Positions 1 to 10,795 of a stretch of DNA of 43,891 nt are shown here, piece by piece; the first letter of the stretch is position 1; each line of letters starts with the position of its first letter. Both the position numbers and the translations under genes were made by a program. Source of the DNA: Asterionella formosa. Lineage: Eukaryota. The notes beneath the pieces were generated by a model. The model had not been told where the DNA came from. It searched no databases and was given only the letters and a program-made list of their open reading frames with translations. The stretch covers positions 1-43,891 of the forward strand of contig NKIB01014399.1 in the NCBI GenBank assembly GCA_002256025.1, given 5' to 3'.

Positions 1-1391
1 AGCAGTATTTCCGCCACAGTCATTCCTCTCCGCTGCCCACCAAACAAGCAACCCTGATCATTCCATTCTGAGCAAGCGTGATCGCCACGCTGCTCCAGAA
101 CTATTGACTCTCTCTAGCTGAGTATTCTTCATGTAGCTTCTGATACGAACTCGTAGTAGAATTGTAGCAAAGCGCGTTAGTACAAGAAATGCATTGCTTG
201 GCGGCAATATTGACATCATTGTCAAGCAACAACTATACAAATCAACAAATACGATCAACAACGGCACAATACCACATCTTCAATGAGTAGTCATTGATAA
301 ATGCATTGGTTCTCATGTAGATATGTACAATCGAAACAAAACGACAGTGCGTAACGACAAACAACGATGGAAGCGATCAAAACAAACCACGGAAGCAATC
401 AAATCGGAAAGTCGATAAATACGATCTACAATCCATATTCAGTATTTCACTGTCGTACTCACTTATCCGCTTCAACTAGCATAACAAGCAGCAGACGATG
501 GGATAAAGGAAAGACGAACGTTGCCTATTGCAAGCCCGAATAGAGCAAAGGCAGGCAAGATAGAGTGAGAACTATATTTGTGAGGACGAAATCGGGCATA
601 CGGTACGTAAAATCAATGAATATGTGAACGATATAATTCAACATTTCAGGTCTCGTAAAAATAATACCGAGTCTACAGAGATAATATTATAACGTGTTCA
701 AAGTAAGCGTTAAAGCATGCATGGTTGTTTTTAGTACCACGTACGTATGTAGACTAGATGACTGCCGGTACCGGTAGAATATCCGTTAAGCATCATTACA
801 TACATGACCGGAACAAAAACTTTTTACCAACATCAGATGTATCGATATCATCGTGCGTCCGACGAAATATGGACGATGCGACTACATGAATACCTCGAGA
901 AGACAAGCAATCCAACAATCAACCGCGTCCGTTAGGCAAAGAATCGCTACTGGCGTCATCGCGGAACTGATTTCGCTTCAAACCGGTCATGATGGACGAC
1001 GACTGGCATGGTGAAAGGTGAATTGCCGAAGTCCACTTTTCAGGAGACGAACAAAAACGAGGTGAATTCTAGATATAAATTATTAGAATCTTTATAGTCT
1101 ATAAAATGGTTTCCTTAAGTAGACCCCTTGCCGATTTCGGCAATCCCAGGGCTGGAAAACCGAGGGGCAATTGGTGTCTGTTGTCTTGCCAAAATGCGAA
1201 CATATGAAATATACAAAATATATTTTAATGATGGGCAATATCGGACCTTTGGCAATTTTCGAGGTGAAGATAGGAAATATCCAAAATATATTTTATATGA
1301 TGGGCAATAGTAGGCTAAAATTGACATTTATGCTAAATTTGTGGGCAGTAGGTAAGCGAATGACGCGACGATAGCTAGAGCGGGAATTGCC
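1..1391 (+). mobile_element. Element A copy 1 (non-autonomous; right part only, left end lies outside the window)
   Basis: Direct, highly similar repeat of ~11337-12740. Ends in GACGATAGCTAGAGCGGGAATTGCC (1367-1391), the same 25-mer found at 3543-3567; near-identical versions end at 12740 and start (reverse complement) at 10796, and a 16-bp remnant starts at 43598. Subterminal GGCAAT words are repeated between 1139 and 1310. Confidence 0.85.
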
Positions 1392-1394
1392 TCA

Positions 1395-1578
1395 ACAATA
1401 CCCTTCTCGGCGGCTACTTGCCTTCTCGTATACATGTGTACTCGACTGGGATGGCACTCGTAGGGTGACCTTCTCGCAGCGCCGGGGGCGCCACTCGTAC
1501 GGTCAACCTACTCGCGCCACCCAGCCTCGAACACACGTATACTCGCGCAGGCATGAGACCTCCTCGGGCGTGTATTGC
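1395..1578 (+). repeat. Element B copy 1, ~184-bp imperfect palindrome (MITE-like or att-like)
   Basis: Near-identical reverse-complement copies at 10609-10792 and 43413-43594. Arms pair throughout (CAATAC/GTATTG, TGCCT/AGGCA, GTATAC/GTATAC, CTGGG/CCCAG, GTAGG/CCTAC, TGACC/GGTCA, GCGCC/GGCGC). Confidence 0.9.
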
Positions 1579-1599
1579 TGAAGGCAATATTGAAAGATT

Positions 1600-3077
1600 G
1601 CTTTGTTCTCCCTGTCGAAGGATTTCAATGGCGAGGTTGAGATTCAAGCATTTTTGAAAAAATATGGCTATTTCTGCCAAGCACCATCCATTGGAATACG
1701 GTCACAAGCCCATGGCGTCACAGTTCAATCAAGACGAAGACAGGAAGCTCCACGCACTCCAGATGCAATGTTAGAGGTTCAATTGAAATGCATGATTTGA
1801 CTTTCAACTAGGTGACAGTCGGTTTCTTGGACAAGAAACTACAAACTGTCGTGCTACATCCAAGTGAAGTCGAAAAAATAATGCCCTAATGTTGCAACAT
1901 GATGATACTGAGTGGAAGTATCAAGGTCTACAGGAATGTACCATGATTGAGGATACTGGCAACCCTACATGCATAGTGAAGCTCATACATAACTACCGGG
2001 ATAACCTCCTCTGTTCGCCCGAGATGGTAACTAGCAACCAACCGTTCTTTCAGCGACGTGCTCCTGAGAAGGAGCTCAAGGTATGTATATCTTCGATACA
2101 CTTGTTCTGCCGATATCAGGTACCGGTGATTTTTATGCATACTGGTACAGATATGCATACCTATGTTCTAAGTCATGTGCGTCTCTTCCTGCATTGCTCC
2201 TCGTATTCTTGGTACTAAGAACCGACGCAAGCTAGGGCTAACATACGAGGCAAGACACAAGAAGGGAGACTTCTTTGGTAAAGGCTATACAACTATGCTT
2301 TGCGTTGACTTAGCTACAGCTTCAGGCATGGATAATGCTGCTCGTTGCACTGCCCATCATGGCAGGAGGAAGAGTATGATTTCTTCACTTTTCAACTCTA
2401 GTGTTGCTGCATTACCTACAAAGATTATTCTTGATAAATCCAGGGATGGATCAGCAGAAATAAATGCCAGGTACCAGCTGCCATCAAAGGAAATGCAACA
2501 TCAAGCAAGGATTGCAGTTTTGAGATGTTTGAAGATGCCAAGGACCAGCTTGAAACTCCCGAAATAGCTATATACTTCCGACTTTGCATTGTTCCTCCTG
2601 ATGTGAACAAATCAGTTGGAATTTCAACTCCAATTGACGATCCTATTGTTGACTGCAAAGTTGATGTCTGCTACTGCAGCACCTCCTGCTGCAGCTGCTC
2701 TGGCTCCAGTTCACTACTACTCCCATCTGCCTCAAACACCTCAACACATATACACCTGTTCTGGTCCGCCTCCTCCACAACAAGCAATCTACCATTCCGG
2801 TCCCCCTCCCCCACCCAACAACATTACATATTCCTATCAGCAGCCATATTTTCATTCACTGCCAGCGCCAACACAACAAATGTACTACTCCCATGCTCCT
2901 CCTCCTGCTCCTCACTCCTCCTCAAGCATACTATCATCTGCTGCCTCCAGCCAGCAAAATCAACCACCAGCACCAGTCTACTGCCACCACCAGCCGGCTT
3001 CAACTCCACCACAAATCCATCCACCTCAACCTCACCAATATCAATATACTATTACCCCAGCTCCTCCTCCATATTGA
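1600..3077 (+). pseudogene. Degenerate, 5'-truncated tyrosine recombinase (Crypton-like) with probable Pro/Gln/Tyr-rich C-terminal tail
   Basis: Splicing a phase-0 intron 2081-2219 (GTATGT...TAAG) joins ...NPTCIVKLIHNY...PFFQRRAPEKELK to NRRKLG...GKGYTTMLCVDLATASGM..RCTAH-HGRR...KSRDGSAEINARYQ. HxxR is at 2358-2369, Asp (GAT, one change from His CAT) at 2445 and Tyr nine codons later at 2472, the canonical recombinase spacing. Upstream fragments SRRRQE and SRKNN lie in different frames with stops. Assigning the 2616-3077 Pro-rich frame to this gene is inference. Confidence 0.72.
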
Positions 3078-3401
3078 AAAATTCATTTCTGTGATGACGT
3101 GAACGAAAAACAGAATGTAAGTTTTTTGTGACATTGAAGTTTTAAAAAAATCCGGTTAATGATTTTCTAACCCATCTATATTCCTTTCCTTTTCTTCTTT
3201 CGCTCTCTCCCTACTTGAATCATCTTCTCGTTGCTTACCTTTGTTGTTAATGATTCAATCATGAAATCATACTTTGATTGCAAAAAAATGATAATCAATT
3301 TTTTGAAATCCATATGTTACAATCATTTTTGTTTGAATTTTTCGATGGTCAAATTTTTTTCTTCTCCATGGTGTTCTTTGACCAATTAAAAAAACCAACA
3401 T

Positions 3402-3567
3402 TTACTGTTATTCTGGCTGTCATGCTAAAATCGGCAATTTTAATCCAGAAAAATTCGATGTGCCCCATATTGCCCCTAAATAGAAATTTCTTAACAAATT
3501 ACTTTTGAGCCTAAAAATTACTTACAAGCACCCGAATGGCAAGACGATAGCTAGAGCGGGAATTGCC
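3402..3567 (-). mobile_element. Left end of an element-A-family transposon, downstream of the recombinase pseudogene
   Basis: Reverse complement of ~10796-10965 (e.g. AATTCGATGTGCCCCATATTGCCC, GAGCCTAAAAATTACTTA, CCCGAATGGCAAGACGATAGCTAGAGCGGGAATTGCC). Weaker similarity extends back to ~3140. Confidence 0.85.
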
Positions 3568-3779
3568 GGTTAATTAAAGTGCCCTCTGTTCTTTTTGTCC
3601 TACTTGGCGGATGAGAGTGCTTGCATGATGTTGTGATGTGTCGATCTGGTGTGAAAGCAAAACTAACGCGAGGAACAAGCGAAGAAGTAAAAGCCAAAGC
3701 ATCAGATAGGCCGGTACTCGCACTACCGAATTATACCGAGCAACAACCATAGAAACAATTTAGAAGCAACATATTGTAA

Positions 3780-4769
3780 ATGGCAAAGAACAACAAGAAT
3801 CGACGAAAGAAACGAACGACCAAGACTTCGCAGCACAATTTTGTCGCTGAAGCTGCGCCTGGTTGTGTCATTTGTCGCATTGATGATCCCTCGTGTCCTA
3901 TTCTCGGATGGGAAGGAGATTTAGACGGAGAGGACTTCGAAGGGCAAGATGTTCCTGACATTGCGATAGATCCTGACGAGAAAACTCTTTCTCTCTGCAA
4001 TATTGATACCATTACCAAAGTGGCGTACGTGACAGTTTTCGAGAATCAATGTTGGGGGAAGGATAATTACAAATTTATACAGGGTCAAACAACTAAAAAT
4101 AACGGAAAATCCCTGCGCTGTCAAACATTTATTGTACTCTGTCCGCCATTAACCTTTGTGCACCTTTGCCATGTTGAAATCGATGACATGTTGCTCGTCC
4201 AAATCGAAAGTGATGTTCAAGAATGGAGTCAGCACACAAATCCAGACGATAACCATTCACAAGTCATTGGTTTTCCATTGAGTGGTGGACCGTTTCTATG
4301 TACTCAAAGCGAAGGTGGCAAATTAACTCACTTCTTCAAAGGGAACTTGCACGCAATTGACTTTCGTTGCGAAGTCGGGACTCCGGTTCTTGCAGTGGGG
4401 AATGGCATCGTTTTGCATGCTTGTGATTCAAATACATTGACTGGTATTGCAACCTCGAATTTGTTCACGTGGAACTCAATATTGATACAGCTCGACGAAG
4501 AGAGTAATGATGGCCCTTTGTTTGTGGAATATGTCCACCTTCGATCTGTTACTTGCGAGAAAGGAGATCGAGTGGCCAAGGGTGAAACTATTGGATTTTC
4601 TGGATCTGTGGGATTCTCTCCAGAACCTCATCTACACTTTGCAGCATATCGCTCAATGGAGCCTGATGCTCCAACTGTTCGTGTATGGTTCTGCAGCTTG
4701 GTTGACAACATACCTTATCTGCCCCGAGCTGGCTATAGATACAGTATCAATGGGATGGTCGCGTCATAA
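3780..4769 (+). CDS. Peptidase M23 domain protein (329 aa, intronless) with uncharacterised N-terminal domain
   Basis: ATG-initiated ORF. C-terminal half has M23 motifs: THF..NLHAIDF, GTPVLAVGNGIV, EYVHL, V..GDRV.KGE.IG.SG.VGFS..PHLHF (HxH zinc ligand). Confidence 0.88.
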   Translation: MAKNNKNRRKKRTTKTSQHNFVAEAAPGCVICRIDDPSCPILGWEGDLDGEDFEGQDVPDIAIDPDEKTLSLCNIDTITKVAYVTVFENQCWGKDNYKFIQGQTTKNNGKSLRCQTFIVLCPPLTFVHLCHVEIDDMLLVQIESDVQEWSQHTNPDDNHSQVIGFPLSGGPFLCTQSEGGKLTHFFKGNLHAIDFRCEVGTPVLAVGNGIVLHACDSNTLTGIATSNLFTWNSILIQLDEESNDGPLFVEYVHLRSVTCEKGDRVAKGETIGFSGSVGFSPEPHLHFAAYRSMEPDAPTVRVWFCSLVDNIPYLPRAGYRYSINGMVAS

Positions 4770-6759
4770 TGAAAATATTGCGAAGGCTCCAATGATGATT
4801 TTTTAATGGGTTGTTGCAATGAATCCCTTTTTTCATTGAAGTCCATCAAAATATGGTAATCATTCATATGCATCAAGCCAGCCAGTGCACTAGAATTATA
4901 CAAGTATGTGTGCGCTGTATATTGATTATATTGGTTGGATTTTATTTTGGGGCTTACTAATATGTATAGGGGTGCTTGAATTCCCAGTATATACATATGT
5001 TGAAGAAGTTCCTTCTTATGTACAAGCGATGCCTTGATGTTGGAATCACAAAATAGAACATGTATCACTGTTTTGATAATTGATGGTCTGTTTCACTGGC
5101 AAACTCTTCTGATTGTAAATTCATGGGTGATTTTATATGTCAATTTGCATAATGATCATACAAGTTAACTCACTTTGCTTACAGGCTGTGTATGTATAGG
5201 AGTTAGTAAAAAATGAATAATAGTTATTTGATGGCCTGATCATTGAATCTGATGCTATTCTTCACCATCCCCCTGATCATCTATGTGACGACAAAAATTC
5301 AATGACATTTCAACAATGAAGGAGATCCTGGAGACCGCAAAGCTTTCATTGATTTCTGGCCACCTGCATGAGTATCGCCCCCAGTAGCCCACCAATGTGG
5401 ACTCTGAAACATGTTGCCCTTCCACATCTTGAAGATTTTGCGTAAACAATGGTCTTATCCCCACCACAGCATCTTAAATGCATCTGCCTCTCAGAGATTC
5501 AAGGATGAAGGAGGAGGGTTAGCGGAAATCGCTTTCAACAATAATCAGCAATCAGCCGGTTCGCTTTCAACTGACACTTGCCAAGTTGAAGACTTCCTCA
5601 CACAGGTTGGACTTCATCCATGCAAGCATGGTCAGCCAAATGGATATTTCTCTATACCAATTCAACACCTACATTGGATGGTGTATTGCAACAATGTTGG
5701 AACCATGTGCTGTACCAGTGCGAATATTAACTCAGGACGATGCATGATGATGCCATGACTTAACAAATATATGAGTTTCGTTTTGTGTTTGCCTAACGGT
5801 TTTCAGGAGAAATTATAGATGATTGCATTTTTACAAAAAATTACTTAGCAACATGCTTTAGCCCAAATTGAGATTCATGATATATGCAGTATAATAGTTT
5901 GTTTTAATGAAAATTAAAACTTCGTCAAAAGTATTGAATATCTGGCAAGCATTTTCAGGGATGCATCCTGTGGTTACATGATGCTCAAGAAATTTTTACC
6001 AGAAGTTCTACACTTTTGATGAAGTTACATTGTCAATAACCTGAATGAGACACCCAATTCCTCATTTTTCAAATTGGCAGAGTACTTAGGAGATTAGCAT
6101 GCAAATCTCAAGTCTGAACGAGGCCAAAACATGATTTAAGTGCCCTGGCATGATCTGAATCCTCTCTGCACATGACATCATGTCCTCCATGTGTTAGCAT
6201 GGCCCCTACTAACAACACAAGTGTACATAACATTATGCTTCAACTTAATTGGCATGCTATAATCACAACGACCATGCCAATATTCTGTTGCTCTACTCGA
6301 CAAAAGAACAACCTCCCGTGCCGCTTGAAATAGCCATATCTCTGCCATGAGCAGCGCTACCTGTAAAAATAACAACAAGCGGCACAGGAGCAGGTGACTT
6401 CCTGGTGTAACTATGATTTTTTGAGTTGGGCATTACATATCCATCCCTACATGACCAATGTATTCACATTGAAAAGCTTGTTGCGCTTGATAGTGGACAA
6501 GCGGGTTAGAGCTGAAACTGGAGAAGACTGCCTCAAATACGGTCCTAGCTATAGTAGTTACAAAGATGTTGTTGCTACAATCATGACTTCGCAACATCGC
6601 TGTGCAATGGTCTTCAATTTTAGCTTGTGATGAATGAACCCAATAATGACAACAACGAGATCTCAGATGCAACAATTAAATGATAATCTGTTTTATAGCC
6701 CATTCCTACTCCCTTTTTTCAAGGCAAGTGCTCATTGTGCTGCCTGTCAACAAGACCTG

Positions 6760-7050
6760 TGCTTCCCTAGTTTTGTTAGGGTAGGTGAGTCTCCAACCAC
6801 CTTTCGCGAAAGGTGATTGTCTTCGCCGCAGCCTTAGGGGAAACTCCGACCGCCAAGGAAAGCATCACAAGCTTCTTGTAAGAAGGGGGCAAACCCACTA
6901 TTTCTTGCACACCAGGCAAGACCATGCGGGACGGTAAAGAGTGTGGGAGTCGAACCCAAAAATTGCTGCTATAAAAATATTGCGGGAATCGAACCACACA
7001 ACTTCAGATCAAAGGCAACGTGACCACCAACTACCGTGAGCCAAGCTTCA
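6760..7050 (-). other. tRNA-related (SINE-like) or structured RNA-like segment
   Basis: On the minus strand: A-box-like TGGCTCACGGTAG (7031-7043), two B-box matches GGTTCGATTCCC (6984-6995) and GGTTCGACTCCC (6945-6956), then several hairpins including the perfect palindrome CACCTTTCGCGAAAGGTG (6798-6815). No complete cloverleaf. Confidence 0.4.
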
Positions 7051-7812
7051 GAGAGGGATTCCTCTGTTTGTGTTGAAAAACGATTCAGCGGAATATATCA
7101 TAAAGCAAAAGCGGGCATGAGCCCCACAACTCGTACAATCAGATGAAAATCTGTACAGAGTAAAAATGACGCTCATGAGACCCACATGAGCATAAGGGGT
7201 CATTTAAAGTCAAGGAATACATAAGGACAAGAACAAATATTCGCATGAAGTGGTGGATTTGAATGCAAAGGAGGATTTTTATGCAGGGGCTCAACATAGT
7301 AGAGTCAATGATGTTCAAGCAGTGGTATGCAAGAAAGGATAACATCAGCAAGTCAATCTCATCCTGTAAACAAATGACCAAAGCAGCATTGGAGATACCA
7401 AGACACTTCAAAGATAAATATGCTGTTGTCTTACACAATGAATACTGATTGGTGAAAGGGGAAAGTTTTTATCCAGTTGTGTTGGATAGAGGAAGCTGAA
7501 ATTGAGTACAAACTTTCCAAAAGATCCTTAAGGGAAGATGGCTCGTTGGATCACATATCATCCTGATTTTTAAGATATACTCATGCACAAGGATCAAGAG
7601 TCATCAAATCAAATAATAACTTCAGGGAAGAACTTATCATCCAAGCCCCTTCAACACACAAGAGCCATTAAATTAGAATATTTATCATCATCATGAATGA
7701 AAGGGAGTACTGAAGTAAAGACAGCTATCCAAGAATTTCAAGATTCATTATTATGGATGACCTCCAGGCAAAGTAGCATAACTTCTGATGTTACAGAATT
7801 TGCAGATCAGCA

Positions 7813-8152
7813 CCCTTCAGCTGATGACACATGTCCAGGGATTATTACTGGCTACACTAAAATAAGCAGTCACAATATAGAATACAATTTTCAAATTATC
7901 ATGTCGTACTATCCTGGAGGCACTTTCAAAAACTGTATCATAACGCACAGTTGCGATGTTCTCTGGGGATCATATATTATGATACCACAGAATGTGCAAT
8001 TTCTTCCTTCAGATGACACATGTGAAGGTTGTTTTATTGATTACACTTAGATAAGCAGTCATTATATAGGATAGTATGATTAACAAATTTCCCTGTCTTA
8101 TCCAGTATTTTCAAGGAATGGCTGTATTCTAACAGTTACAATGTTCTCTAGG
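7813..8152. repeat. Old degenerate tandem duplication, period ~190 bp
   Basis: CCTTCAG..GATGACACATGT...TACACT..ATAAGCAGTCA..ATATAG.ATA...CTGTAT...ACAGTT.C.ATGTTCTCT occurs twice, starting at ~7814 and ~8006. Confidence 0.7.
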
Positions 8153-8543
8153 TAGGCGCATTATCCTTATCATTTCCCTTTGCTAGGTTCCTGTTAAAAC
8201 TGCTTTGAACAAATTATTACTTTTCGCTTATAAGTCAGAAATTTTCAAGGTGTAGCTGAGGATGTAGCGCTCCTCTATATGTGAAGGAGCTACACTGAAC
8301 ATTCACATGCATGTATGATCGATATAAAAATGTGACACACAGTGTCAGTCAATCAATACAGCGCGAAGTTAACCATCATGTCTTCAGAGTATACATTCAT
8401 ATTTACGCAAGCATGAATGAATTAACCTTATTATCACATACGATTCTCGAATGCACATAAATTTGCTTTGCCACATGATAGCTAGTTGTAATCATACCAA
8501 GTGTATGGTAAATAATCATTATGAAACATTGTAATCCATCTTC

Positions 8544-8864
8544 CCTGTAAAACATTCATTTATTCAACAGTTTGAACCTCTACAATTAAAATGCGTCTTG
8601 TAAATATTCATATCGTCTGTTCTTGATGGCATATCATTGTTGAATCAATGGTTGAATAATAATCTGCCACCTCTAATGAACATCCAGAGCATCTACAATG
8701 ATTTCCTGTGAAACATTCATTTATTCAACGGTTTGAACCTCTACAATAAAAATGCGTCTTATAAATATTCATATCGTCTGTTATTGATGGTATATCATTG
8801 TTGAATCAATGGTTGAATAATAATCTGCCACCTCTAATGAACATCCAGAGCATCTACAATGATT
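8544..8864. repeat. Tandem duplication, 161-bp unit x2
   Basis: Units start at 8544 and 8705 (CCTGT.AAACATTCATTTATTCAAC...CATCTACAATGATT); six substitutions seen. Confidence 0.95.
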
Positions 8865-9265
8865 GTACATGGGTCTGGAGCTTTTGTGGTCACAAATAGG
8901 ATTCGGATTCCGTGACTAACAACATTTGTCCTCCAGACAGACTGAAAATTTCCAAAATAATACAATAATCTCCTCCTGACTCGGCTGCTCTGAGAAAATT
9001 ATCTGCATAACTTTTGGTTCAGCAGACTGAGATCTCGCTCAAATCAACGACTTCTTGCTGGTAAGCAAGTAAGCACTTTCGGAGTACCTTTATCCAATAT
9101 CAAATATCACACACACGAAACGCTTACCAGCAATATGTTTGATTGCTTGAGGAAGCTCGTAAATCGGCTGCTCTGAGCAATGGAACCAGCATGAGTACTA
9201 GGGCAATTCCCAGATGAAAAGATTTGGGAGGTTCTGCTGGAGGGTACTAGTGGTGTATCCAAAGA

Positions 9266-10012
9266 AAGTTTTGTTGGTACCTTCGGTAGGATCAAAAAGG
9301 ATTTTTCATCCAAAAATCTACCAATCGACCTATCCATGAACTCACTAGATAGTGATATATGGATGTGATTACTAGATGCTGTATAAATAGGATGGCATTC
9401 TTCTTGTTTAGCATACCATCAGCCTACACAATGGAATAGCAACCGTCGTTAGAATATTGGCCTCATTCATATTGCTTTAGTTGTCAATAGTTCTTATCCA
9501 ATGCAACCATAATCAAGTTTTGTTGGTACCTTCGGTAGGATCAAAAAGGATTTTTCATCCAAAAATCTACCAATCGACCTATCCATGAACTCACTAGATA
9601 GTGATATATGGATGTGATTACTAGATGCTGTATAAATAGGATGGCATTCTTCTTGTTTAGCATACCATCAGCCTACACAATGGAATAGCAACCGTCGTTA
9701 GAATATTGGCCTCATTCATATTGCTTTAGTTGTCAATAGTTCTTATCCAATGCAACCATAATCAAGTTTTGTTGGTACCTTCGGTAGGATCAAAAAGGAT
9801 TTTTCATCCAAAAATCTACCAATCGACCTATCCATGAACTCACTAGATAGTGATATATGGATGTGATTACTAGATGCTGTATAAATAGGATGGCATTCTT
9901 CTTGTTTAGTATACCATCAGCCTACACAATGGAATAGCAACCGTCGTTAGAATATTGGACTCATTCATATTGCTTTAGTTGTCAATAGTTCTTATCCAAT
10001 GCAACCATAATC
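9266..10012. repeat. Tandem triplication, 249-bp unit x3
   Basis: Units start at 9266, 9515 and 9764 (AAGTTTTGTTGGTACCTTCGG...GCAACCATAATC). Copies 1 and 2 look identical; copy 3 has two substitutions. Confidence 0.97.
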
Positions 10013-10608
10013 ATTGATGATGATGATTGACATGGCATGATGAATTTACTAAATCATTCCATAGAATTAAATAGCAAGCCAGCAATACTAAGGAGAAATA
10101 ATGGCATAAATGGCATTTTAATTCGGTGCTTTGGCTGGGTGCACCAGCCGAGTACATCGGGTAGCCGCCCATAGATTGTAGTTTGTTGGAAATTTAGCAT
10201 CACGAAATATTTGTTTTGCATGAATATACATAGAGTCGTTTTATTCAATTTTCATTCATTTATGTATCACTGGTGAATGTGTATGAATTTACCAGTCGTT
10301 GATAATGAATCATGATAAAACACATGCATGCCATTCACGCTCAGCCACAACCTTGTACTCGATCACCTCTCTCACCATGATAAATATTTCTGCTTGTCAT
10401 TGTTTGATCCTTACCTTTTAAGCCTTGTTGCTATATTATCAACCAGCAATGTCTCCTTCCTGATTGAGAACAGTTCCGGCCACTCATGTGTACCATTCGT
10501 TCCATGTTCCTTGAGATTGTTCGATGCATGGATTTGATTTTCAGGCATAACTAAACCAGCGCAAGTCATCGAAGCCGAAACACTTACCGGTACTCCTAAA
10601 TGCTGAAG

Positions 10609-10792
10609 GCAATACACGCCCGAGGAGGTCTCATGCCTGCGCGAGTATACGTGTGTTCGAGGCTGAGTGGCGCGAGTTGGTTGATTGTACAAGTGGCGCC
10701 CCCGGCGCTGCGAGAAGGTTATCCTACGCGTGCCATCCAAGCCGAGTACACATGTGTACGAGAAGGCATGTAGCCACCGAGAAGGGTTTTGT
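10609..10792 (-). repeat. Element B copy 2
   Basis: Reverse complement of 1395-1578, preceded by TGC-TGAAG (10601-10608) and abutting the left end of element A. Confidence 0.9.
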
Positions 10793-10795
10793 TGA

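Noticed and set aside
1387..1581. Recurrent small ORF MPQQYPSRR.../DGTRRVTFSQRRGRH (also 10411-10740 and 43282-43602)
   Set aside because: It is a translation of repeat B; two copies start at TTG rather than ATG, and frames and ends differ between copies.
2525..3094. Standalone extensin-like or Ser-rich gene
   Set aside because: Overlapping low-complexity frames with no signal peptide, lying between the recombinase core and the transposon end.
6830..7015. RNase P/MRP RNA or an intact tRNA
   Set aside because: GGGAAACTCCG resembles CR-I but no complementary CR-V/P4 partner was found, and no acceptor stem or anticodon arm could be built.
9266..10012. CRISPR array or repeat-protein gene
   Set aside because: No unique spacers, unit far too long, no ORF crossing the units, eukaryotic context.
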